From IMG/VR virus record IMGVR_UViG_3300008121_000001, positions 1 to 64,000 of that record: a stretch of 64,000 nucleotides of DNA; one strand, given 5' to 3'. Below are positions 19,985 through 27,493 of this stretch, one piece after another. The translations under genes were made by a program, and so were the position numbers. Every line of letters starts with the position of its first letter. Within the stretch, counting starts at the first letter, position 1. Below the pieces are notes generated by a model. The model was not told the DNA's origin, did no database searches, and was given only the letters and a program-made list of their open reading frames with translations. Origin of the DNA: a virus.

Positions 19985-20475
19985 GTGAAGATATTAGAAC
20001 GAAATACGAGATTGAAAAACGTGCTTGGAGAGGTACGAAATGGGAGAAACTATCTAGGTTTGCAGATTATAACAATGCTCCGTATTTTTCCAAGAAAACT
20101 GCCGAATATGATGCAGACAAAATGAGAATGGCTGAATCTAGAAATAATGTCACTTGTGCAGACTTTAGAGTAGTTGAATTTGAAAGTGTGCCTCTAACTT
20201 TGCAAGAGACTTTTGAGAAATACAACGAAGAGTATCTAAAGTTTGAAAATATCGAAAAACCTTTACATCGAAGACGCGATATTGCAGCTTATCTACTCCT
20301 AGATAAGTTAGTGCCGAATGGCGACTACCCTATGGTGTCTGATGCCTCTCATGATGAAATCTGGCTAGATGTAGACCCAGATAAACTTGCCCATGCTGCT
20401 TCAGAAGAAGATATTTTATATTTGGTGCGTTGTGGTGTACGCTTGGGAGACGATACTTTGGAGATGTTTACATGA
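19981..20475 (+). CDS. Hypothetical protein
   Basis: ATGA overlap; HDEIWL...LVRCGV motif. Confidence 0.6.
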   Translation: MSEDIRTKYEIEKRAWRGTKWEKLSRFADYNNAPYFSKKTAEYDADKMRMAESRNNVTCADFRVVEFESVPLTLQETFEKYNEEYLKFENIEKPLHRRRDIAAYLLLDKLVPNGDYPMVSDASHDEIWLDVDPDKLAHAASEEDILYLVRCGVRLGDDTLEMFT

Positions 20476-20837
20476 TTGACCCCGAAAAAATTGAGCAGCC
20501 TCGTTTAACTAATCGTGAGCGTTCGCGCAAGCCTCATAAAACGTTGGGTTGGTGTGGTAATTGTGATTGTTGTTTGGTCAGTTCTGGCAGTATATGCCGT
20601 CAGTGTGGTAGGCGAGCTAGTGGTAATGAAGCTAGAAAAAGAGATATAAAGGTATATGAGTAAAACAAATGCAAGATTACCCGATACCTCTCTTTATTTG
20701 TGGTTCACATTCCGCAATTTCCCAGTTACAAAAATTACTTTTACATACAATATAGAAAAAGAGCAGAGAAAGTTGCGAAATCTAATTGCAAATGGGCATA
20801 AATACTCTGAAACAGATACCACAGGAAAAATTGTCTG

Positions 20838-21344
20838 GTGGTAAATAAAACTGAACGCTCTAAGTCCTTCGCAAAAGGCAAATTTGGCGAAAAAGTTGTC
20901 AAAGAATTTTTCATCAGCAAAAACTACGAAGTAATTCCAGCTACATTAGACCAACAAATTCACGAAAGCTGGGATTTTCGTGTGATTGGTAAAAAAGACT
21001 TGCTAATTGAGGTAAAAACCGACTATATGGCGGCTAAAACGGGGAATATTTTCCTCGAAACTGAAGTTGGCGATGGTCTGGGCTTCATTCGCAAGATAAA
21101 ACCTGACTCAAAAATTATTTTTGCCTTTGTTTTGCCTCAATCTCAAGAAATTGGCTTTATAGATGCTCAAATGTTGCTGTATATTGAACTAGAAAAGCTA
21201 CATTTCAAGAAATTTACCCATGTAAGTAACAATTACACTGCTGGAGGCTATTTATTACCAAGGGCAGATTTCTTTTCTGCCTGTTTTACGAGATATTGTT
21301 GGGAAGTCGAAGAAAATGGCTCAAAAATATTTTGGAAGGAGTAA
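20838..21344 (+). CDS. PD-(D/E)XK endonuclease-like protein
   Basis: GK.GE...WDF...IEVKTD...GNIFLE. Confidence 0.7.
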   Translation: MVNKTERSKSFAKGKFGEKVVKEFFISKNYEVIPATLDQQIHESWDFRVIGKKDLLIEVKTDYMAAKTGNIFLETEVGDGLGFIRKIKPDSKIIFAFVLPQSQEIGFIDAQMLLYIELEKLHFKKFTHVSNNYTAGGYLLPRADFFSACFTRYCWEVEENGSKIFWKE

Positions 21345-21347
21345 CTA

Positions 21348-21764
21348 ATGACTATTGAATTGCCTGAATATTATCAAGGGTACGATATCAACGAGAAAAT
21401 TGATTATCTCTTATCCTTAAAGAAGAAGTCTGAGAAGCCTAAAAAACCTCCAGTTCCTTTAGATAAATGTGGCACTCCAGTAACAGCAGATGAGTACGCA
21501 GCTTTTGCCAAACGTCTTAAATCTTATGAGCTTGAGTATGCAGAATGGAAAAATGGTAAGGCTGAAGAAGTTCGTCAATTTAACGAAGAAATCGAAGACT
21601 TACTCGAAGAGCTTGTGAAAGAAGAAGCTGGATTAACTACACTGAACATCTCTGACAAGCAGAAAAGAAAGTTGTGGGAACGTGCGTGGGAGGAAAACCA
21701 CTCTCAAGGCTATCTAATGGTTTATCAAGAGCTAGATTCACTTGTAGAGCTTTTTGAGGATTAA
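21348..21764 (+). CDS. Hypothetical protein
   Basis: AAGGAG RBS; AWE..HS.G motif. Confidence 0.6.
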   Translation: MTIELPEYYQGYDINEKIDYLLSLKKKSEKPKKPPVPLDKCGTPVTADEYAAFAKRLKSYELEYAEWKNGKAEEVRQFNEEIEDLLEELVKEEAGLTTLNISDKQKRKLWERAWEENHSQGYLMVYQELDSLVELFED

Positions 21765-22331
21765 TATGGCAATTGAATTTCGTAACACTGGCGCTATGTG
21801 CATGATTCATGCAGTTGAGCAAGGCGAAGACCGTAATGTAGATTTGGGCAATTACTACATCAAATCAGATACACAAGAGCAAGTTTTAATTACCAGTGAG
21901 AGCCTTGCTAATCAATATGGACATCTGGTTAAAGTACCAATTTATACTATGAAGGACAAAAATGAGCACCACCCTCCAATCTGCACCAAAATTTCCACCT
22001 AACATCTTTTTCTGTAATGTGACTGATTGTAGATTCCCAGATAAACCTCGATACTTAATTGATGGTGATACTATTCGTGATATATTAGCAGCAATGGACT
22101 GCAAAACCGCATCTCAAGCTTATAGACGTGCAAAACTACTTGAAATACTGGAGCAAGAAACTAATGAACTTTCTTAATTTTGCTTTAGATGTAAGAAATG
22201 CTGAATTACAACTAAGCTTGTCCGAAGGAGCTAATTTGCAATTCAGCTATTTACCTTTTGATTCACGACTTGCTGTTGGTGAAATTCTTATCGACCGCAC
22301 CAACAATAAATTTTATGTAAATATTCCTCCA

Positions 22332-22365
22332 GATAGAGGCGCAGAAGAAGAAGTTAAGTTATAGT
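22332..22365 (+). promoter_or_regulatory. Phage-specific promoter driving the ncRNA array
   Basis: GATAGA-22 nt-TATAGT; same architecture recurs at five or six other transcription-unit starts. Confidence 0.55.
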
Positions 22366-22369
22366 AATA

Positions 22370-23044
22370 AATGTGAGGGAGATATAGTGCAGATGGAAAC
22401 TCTTGCTCAGTCATTGAATAATGATTGATGGCGCAATATAAACGTTAAGACGCACTCCCACAATAATGTTTAGTAAGTCGGAGGTGTATCTTCAAACAAA
22501 CTAAACAACTGGATGGCGGTGAATAGGCAATAAACCGCAGGGACACGTAGAGGTCATCGGCGTTCTCGCTTATTAACTCCTCACAACGAGTCTCGCAATG
22601 TCCAGCTCCATTTCATCTGGATATTTCGGGAATAGTCAATACCGAATCTGTGGGCGCGTTCATGCTAACCCTAGCCGCAACTTGTGGGACTTTATTAGGA
22701 CAGCAAGCTCTGAGAGTTAGGTCTAGGACATGGCTATCCAGCAACAACTCCAAGGTGTAGGTACATATCGGTACGGGCTAAGTAAATCACCTCGCCCTCT
22801 ATCCTCTCGGTAACTGGTGATAAGTGCCAAGACAATTTAGCAAGTAAGCTCTGCAACAAGCATCGAAGGTGTAAGAGGGTCATGGCTCTTACAATCAGTA
22901 GTGTTAGCCTTGATGCAATCTTACCCCTTGGAGACAACTCTTCAAATTAAGTAAGCACTGCAACTGCGAGTTCCGCGACAAATGGCTGATGATTGGAGCC
23001 AGCTCTGGTATTTAACTCAGGATAAAAATACCGCTTAATTTGAA
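22370..23044 (+). ncRNA. Array of unidentified structured RNAs
   Basis: No credible CDS; successive end-closed units, e.g. GTG-GGGAG/CTCCCCAC, TGGATA/TATCCA, CTCCAAGG/CCTTGGAG, TCTTCAAATTAAG/CTTAATTTGAAGA. Confidence 0.55.
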
Positions 23045-23216
23045 GACCGCACCATCTAAGATAACCTCAACGATAAGCGTCTCTTGGAATCGGTTAGAGA
23101 CTTCAAAATAAAGAAAATGTCAGTCGCAGGAAGAGCCGAAGGTTTAAATCCCCTGAGACATACGTGAAAACATCACTGTTGTAAAAAGGCTGGCTTAAGT
23201 GCTGGTGATGGCGGTC
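23045..23216 (+). ncRNA. Candidate minimal RNase P-like RNA (catalytic domain only)
   Basis: P1 GACCG/CGGTC plus CACCA/TGGTG; P3 GTCTCT/AGAGAC; P4 AA(T)GTCAGTC/GGCTGGCTT; CR-V-like AAAAAGGCTGGCTTA. Confidence 0.5.
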
Positions 23217-23245
23217 AGATTAGAGTCTTCCCTTTATTTTGTTTC

Positions 23246-23382
23246 AGGAGAGTGGCGGAATTATTAGACGCTGAAGTGCAGAAATGCCACCAGTAGAGAC
23301 TAGACCTGTAAGCGGATAAAGTGGACGGGTTTTGTTCTGGAAAATTAGTCTCATGCAGGTGAGAATCCTGCCTCTCCTTTCA
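23246..23382 (+). ncRNA. tRNA-like RNA with no canonical anticodon arm
   Basis: Acceptor AGGAGAG/CTCTCCT, Leu-type D arm, T arm GCAGG-TGAGAAT-CCTGC; about 80 nt of branched sequence between D and T arms. Confidence 0.65.
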
Positions 23383-23386
23383 ATTT

Positions 23387-23507
23387 GGTTAAGTGGCGGA
23401 ACTGGTAGACGCTATACACTGAGATGAGCGTAGAAGTATGTTGACAACACATCAACTCTTAAATGAGGAGGCGCTCACACTTGCAGGTTCAAATCTTGCC
23501 TTAACTA
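23387..23507 (+). ncRNA. tRNA-like RNA with no canonical anticodon arm
   Basis: Acceptor GGTTAAG/CTTAACT, D arm GCGGAACTGGTAGACGC, T arm GCAGG-TTCAAAT-CTTGC; middle region is a TGAGCG/CGCTCA-closed branch. Confidence 0.7.
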
Positions 23508-23602
23508 TTGCGCGAATCTTCCTCACTGGAGACGGAGGGGTAATACCCCCTGAAAGTGTTTGAACACTAGCGCATTCACTTCTGTAATTGTTGGAGGTCT
23601 TT

Positions 23603-23764
23603 ATGAGTTCTCGCGTCCCTACCAGAAAAGTGACTTGGACGCAATCGTTCGAGCATATCAAGGAAGTTTTTGGATTGTGGAGAATTGCTGTTAAGCAAAG
23701 TACACATCCTAAATCAATGACTGCTTGCTGCTTTTGGATTAGCTTGAATGGGCGGACATTTTAA
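23603..23764 (+). CDS. Small hypothetical protein (53 aa)
   Basis: GGAGG RBS; manual translation MSSRVPTRKVTW... Confidence 0.45.
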   Translation: MSSRVPTRKVTWTQSFEHIKEVFGLWRIAVKQSTHPKSMTACCFWISLNGRTF

Positions 23765-24088
23765 TCATGGAGTTGCCATATCTTATACGACCTTACCTCA
23801 ATTTTGACGGTCTTTTGGTATTTTTAGTAGAAGACCCTACATTTCCACTAGCTTTCAAGACTTATGATTACGCTAAGACTTATGCAAATTACAGGTGGAG
23901 CAGAAAAAATGGATGACTGCTACGATGCTCAAGTTTATTCGCTAGATTCAGGATGGTTTCAAGACCGTTTAGCTGAAGATTATGTTTACTCGGTTCAATA
24001 CTCAGCTAGGTTGCTTCCGTTTATTATTTGTTTACAGCAGATTGTTTTAGGGCTGCTGTCCGACCCCAACTACCAAGAAGAGTTCTAA

Positions 24089-24424
24089 ATGTACGAAATA
24101 ACAGAGAAGATTGTCAAGCAATATGTTGTAACTTGTCCTGATGGTGAAGCTATATTTGAAGAAGAGAATACGGCACATGCTTTTGTTCAACTTCACAATC
24201 TTGCAAGACCACTCACGATGGATGAGCTACACGAAGGAATCGAAAGAAAGCCAGAACAAGTGGCTGCATGGTGTGCTATTGGCTCTTGCCCTAACTGTGG
24301 CGGTAATCAAGGCAATGGTGACCTCGACATTGAACATCTTGATGGTGACTGTTATGCTGCGGAGTGTTATGCTTGTGGTACGAAATTTGACATTACTGAA
24401 GGTAAAAGCGAGGTAATCTTTTGA
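24089..24424 (+). CDS. Zn-ribbon protein
   Basis: CPNCG...CYACG. Confidence 0.55.
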   Translation: MYEITEKIVKQYVVTCPDGEAIFEEENTAHAFVQLHNLARPLTMDELHEGIERKPEQVAAWCAIGSCPNCGGNQGNGDLDIEHLDGDCYAAECYACGTKFDITEGKSEVIF

Positions 24425-24807
24425 TGGCAAGACTAACTGGATGGAACAAAACAGCTAACTCTAAAAAGCCTCTTTATTTAGAGTACAAATCAACCGAGCA
24501 AACCATACAAGAAGCCATAGAGCAACATGAAACACGATTCTCCCGTTTAGGTTGGGCATCTATTATTAGTGTGTTTTTTCTGCTACTTTTGCACGATGCA
24601 TTTTTATATTATGTATTTAAGGTATTGTAATGTATCAGATTCAATTTTTTTCTGTCTATGGTGTTTGGGCTTTTTGGAACAGACAATTACGTTCTAAAGA
24701 TTTAGATGGGATGATTTCTAGGCATTTTGAAAAACTTGCTAAACGTAATCCTCGCAGCAAACTTCGTATCATTGACCTGAATACTGGTGAAGTAGTTTAT
24801 TCCTAAA

Positions 24808-24841
24808 GATAGATGTACTTCACCATTCTTTTCTATAATCT
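24808..24841 (+). promoter_or_regulatory. Phage-specific promoter
   Basis: GATAGA-22 nt-TAATCT, with an overlapping TATAAT. Confidence 0.6.
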
Positions 24842-24873
24842 AACTAAACCATCAAAATTAATCTGAAATTATC

Positions 24874-25638
24874 ATGCCTAAATCAACTACATCTGGTCTT
24901 TTTCTTCATCAACTTCTTGCTATCTCTGAAGGTGTGAAATCTCGCGTCAGCAAGGCAAAGACCGAAATCTACAAAACAATTCAAAAGCGCGATTTATTTG
25001 GAGGGTTGAGCAAAACTTACCGACCTAATGCTGAAGATGGTTATGTGTATCCTCCTGAATCGAAGCTGACACAAACTAACGTTAAAGACCAAGTTGCAGC
25101 ATTCGCCTCTCTATTGACTGAGTTGTTCGACACAATCACAACACTTGACAAGACCAATCAAGCCGCAATTGGTAATATTGTTGTCAACGGAGCTACAATT
25201 GCAGAGAATGTCCCTGTTTCGAGTTTGCTGTTTCTTGAAAAACAGTTGACTGACATTGTTACGTTTTTCGATTCATTACCTGTCCTTGACAGTGCAGAAA
25301 AGTGGAGTATTGACCCTAACACTGGTTTGTACGAATCTGAAGTTCGCCGTACCAACAAGACCAAGAAAATCACTGATTGGAAGGTCATTGAAGGTACGCT
25401 GACCGACAAACATCCTGCTCAGGTCAAAGAGTACAGCCAAGACATCAATGAAGGTGTGTGGGAGCAAATCAGCTACAGTGGTGCGATTTACCAAACTACC
25501 AAGCAAGCACTCGTCAGTCGCGCTCAGAAGCTTCTAGAGGCTGTTGTAGTGGCAAGAGAAGGTGCTAACGCCATCGAGGTGATTCCATTCAAGATTGGAA
25601 AAGATATCACGGATTATCTGACTGCACCGTTGCAATAA
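24874..25638 (+). CDS. DUF7873-like conserved protein
   Basis: L.QLLA.E.GVK, F.GLS.TY.P..EDG, VP...LLFLEKQL, LPVLD, HPAQV, G.W....SGA, ARE.AN; family recognised from memory. Confidence 0.65.
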   Translation: MPKSTTSGLFLHQLLAISEGVKSRVSKAKTEIYKTIQKRDLFGGLSKTYRPNAEDGYVYPPESKLTQTNVKDQVAAFASLLTELFDTITTLDKTNQAAIGNIVVNGATIAENVPVSSLLFLEKQLTDIVTFFDSLPVLDSAEKWSIDPNTGLYESEVRRTNKTKKITDWKVIEGTLTDKHPAQVKEYSQDINEGVWEQISYSGAIYQTTKQALVSRAQKLLEAVVVAREGANAIEVIPFKIGKDITDYLTAPLQ

Positions 25639-25640
25639 GA

Positions 25641-25669
25641 GAGAGCGCTCCTTCGGGAACGCTTTTTTT
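25641..25669 (+). terminator. Rho-independent terminator
   Basis: GAGCG-CTCC-TTCG-GGA-ACGC hairpin followed by T7. Confidence 0.75.
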
Positions 25670-25722
25670 ATATCTGTCTTTAGGTAGATGCAAAGCAATT
25701 GTTTAGGGAAGTATACTGTTTA

Positions 25723-26112
25723 CAGAGCATAAGTTAAAGCTTATCAAACACTTCTAAACCTCAGTTTTCTTCGTTCGACTCGAAGTTCTCCGACTATCGG
25801 AGAGTGATGTAACTGGTAAACATCTGAGGTCTAAAGAAGTGGCTCAATCTGAAAATGAAATTGAAGTTATTGCTCCAAGTTCATCTTAAGGCTTTTTTCT
25901 TTGCGTCAAAGTTCGACAGCTAATAATTGTAGATGTTGGTTCAAATCCAATCGAGGGCTTAATCTTGCCTTTGTCGTATAATGGTATTACCTACTTTGTA
26001 AAACTAAGCTGCCGCCACAGGATATTAATAAAGCAAAGACCGAAAAAGAAAATATAACAGTATGTTGTAAATACTAAAAGGAAGCCGCATCAGGATACGA
26101 TGCGGCTTTCGC
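25723..26112 (+). ncRNA. ~390 nt RNA with two circularly permuted tRNA-like domains (YrlA-like architecture)
   Basis: Two T arm > closed acceptor hairpin > D arm modules (25758-25830, 25929-25994); own promoter (25683-25717) and 3' hairpin (26081-26110). Confidence 0.75.
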
Positions 26113-26195
26113 CTTATGTACCCTAAGATAGATGTGCCATCCTACATAATCACCTAAACTTGTAAAACAAGCAAAGTAAAACAACAACTAATCAC

Positions 26196-26417
26196 ATGGC
26201 AGCAGCTAAAACCAAGTCCGACAACACCGACGTAGTAATTTCCAGTGCAGCAGCAGCACTCGTTAAGGCAACAGCAAACATTCAAGAAGCATTTAAGTCT
26301 GTCGATAGTCTCACAGAAACCGCAGAAACTCTCACTCGCGACATCGCTGGCAAGAAAGCTGAAATCGAAAGCTTGGCTGAAACTTATCAAACGTTACTTA
26401 GTCATGTTAGTATATAA
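26196..26417 (+). CDS. Short coiled-coil protein, possibly truncated
   Basis: Own promoter (26127-26160); heptad pattern ends abruptly at the tmRNA promoter. Confidence 0.5.
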   Translation: MAAAKTKSDNTDVVISSAAAALVKATANIQEAFKSVDSLTETAETLTRDIAGKKAEIESLAETYQTLLSHVSI

Positions 26418-26419
26418 AT

Positions 26420-26700
26420 GTCGTTGAGATTGCTAGATAGCTTGTGCATACGTTGGTTCGACCCCAACCCCGTCCACTTGTCTCAGTGGTGTAACGGTAG
26501 CATAGGAGTCTCCAAAACTCTTGGAAATAGTTCAAATCTATTCTGATTCGCCAAGGGCGGGATAAATGGATTCGCTGTGGAAGTGATTTCTAGCAACGCG
26601 CTGAAGTTTTATGAATGAAAGCTAGATGACACAAAAAGTAAATGCGAAAAACAACATTTGCCAATTCTCTAGAAAAGCTGCCCTCGTAGCCGCCTAGACT
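26420..26700 (+). ncRNA. ssrA: Permuted two-piece tmRNA: acceptor piece 26420-26477, coding piece 26555-26700
   Basis: Acceptor GGGCGGG/CCCGTCC-A with G3.U70; T arm GTTGG-TTCGACC-CCAAC; GGATTCG 5' motif; TTGCTAGA/TCTAGCAA inter-piece helix; tag ORF 26644-26697 AKNNICQFSRKAALVAA*. Confidence 0.88.
26480..26553 (+). tRNA. tRNA-Trp(CCA) inside the tmRNA intervening segment; imperfect acceptor stem
   Basis: Anticodon arm GGAGT-CTCCAAA-ACTCT; T arm AATAG-TTCAAAT-CTATT; encoded G-CCA end. Confidence 0.8.
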
Positions 26701-26704
26701 ACCC

Positions 26705-26741
26705 GAAGACCTCGTATACTTAACGGTTGCGGGGTCTTCTT
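26705..26741 (+). terminator. Hairpin terminator after tmRNA
   Basis: GAAGACCTCGTA.../...TGCGGGGTCTTC followed by TT. Confidence 0.6.
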
Positions 26742-27102
26742 ATATCTAAACAAAATAACGTGAAAAGAACAACTTGCGGTTTCCGTTTCCAAGGTCACTA
26801 CGTCTACCGCCAAATTTTCGATGACGGTATATACAAAATCATGGTGTGGGTCGCCTCTAGTCCTCCAGAAGAAGAATTGTGCGCTGATGTTGCATTTTGT
26901 GGTGATTCCCATATAGAATGTATGGGCAAATTGAAAAAATGGCTTGAAATCAACAAAGATTGGGTAAACAAAACAGATGGCAACACTTAAAAATCTCGTG
27001 ATATTCTCGGAAATCCTCGATACTAATACCTCTATTGATAGATGACCTTCCCCAACCACCGCGTTATTATACATAAGCACTCAAGCAAAACACCAAAAAC
27101 AC

Positions 27103-27423
27103 ATGAATCCTGAAACTACAGTTGCTTACGAACCTGAAGTTGCACAACAAGCATTAACCGCTATCACTACACCACCAACGGACACAGAAGAAGTTACCAT
27201 TGTTGAGAATGAACCAATCTCCGTTGAGCAGTATCGCACACTTCTTGTTCTCGTCGCTCAAGATGCCCGTACCTACGCCAATCAAGTCGATGCTCTAGTT
27301 GCTGAAATTGATGCTGGCAAGAAAGTTAAGGGAACGAAATTGAATGGTGTTGTTCGTAATCTGCGCCTTGAAATCCTTCGCTCTTCTCTGACAGACGTAA
27401 AGACCGCCAAGGTCATCGGCTAA
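27103..27423 (+). CDS. Hypothetical protein
   Basis: Preceded by GATAGA-22 nt-TATTAT promoter (27037-27070); hairpin at 27448-27468 follows. Confidence 0.65.
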   Translation: MNPETTVAYEPEVAQQALTAITTPPTDTEEVTIVENEPISVEQYRTLLVLVAQDARTYANQVDALVAEIDAGKKVKGTKLNGVVRNLRLEILRSSLTDVKTAKVIG

Positions 27424-27493
27424 CTGACGTAGTGAAGCAACTAAATTGGGTAGGCGAAATCCCTACCCCTACTATTAACAGGAAAATTACACC

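Noticed and set aside
22618-22740. 5S rRNA-like words CCGAA and GAGAGTTAGG in a ~120 nt unit
   Set aside because: Spacing (about 71 nt versus about 56 nt) and helix pattern do not fit 5S rRNA.
22985-23030. Hammerhead ribozyme core CTGATGA
   Set aside because: No GAAA after a stem II; core incomplete.
23270-23482. Group I introns in the two tRNA-like genes
   Set aside because: Inserts of about 65-80 nt are far too short and lack P/Q/R/S elements.
25758-25994. Ordinary tRNA genes or tRNA fragments from an integration site
   Set aside because: T arm precedes D arm, acceptor stems are closed hairpins, and there is no anticodon loop or nearby integrase.
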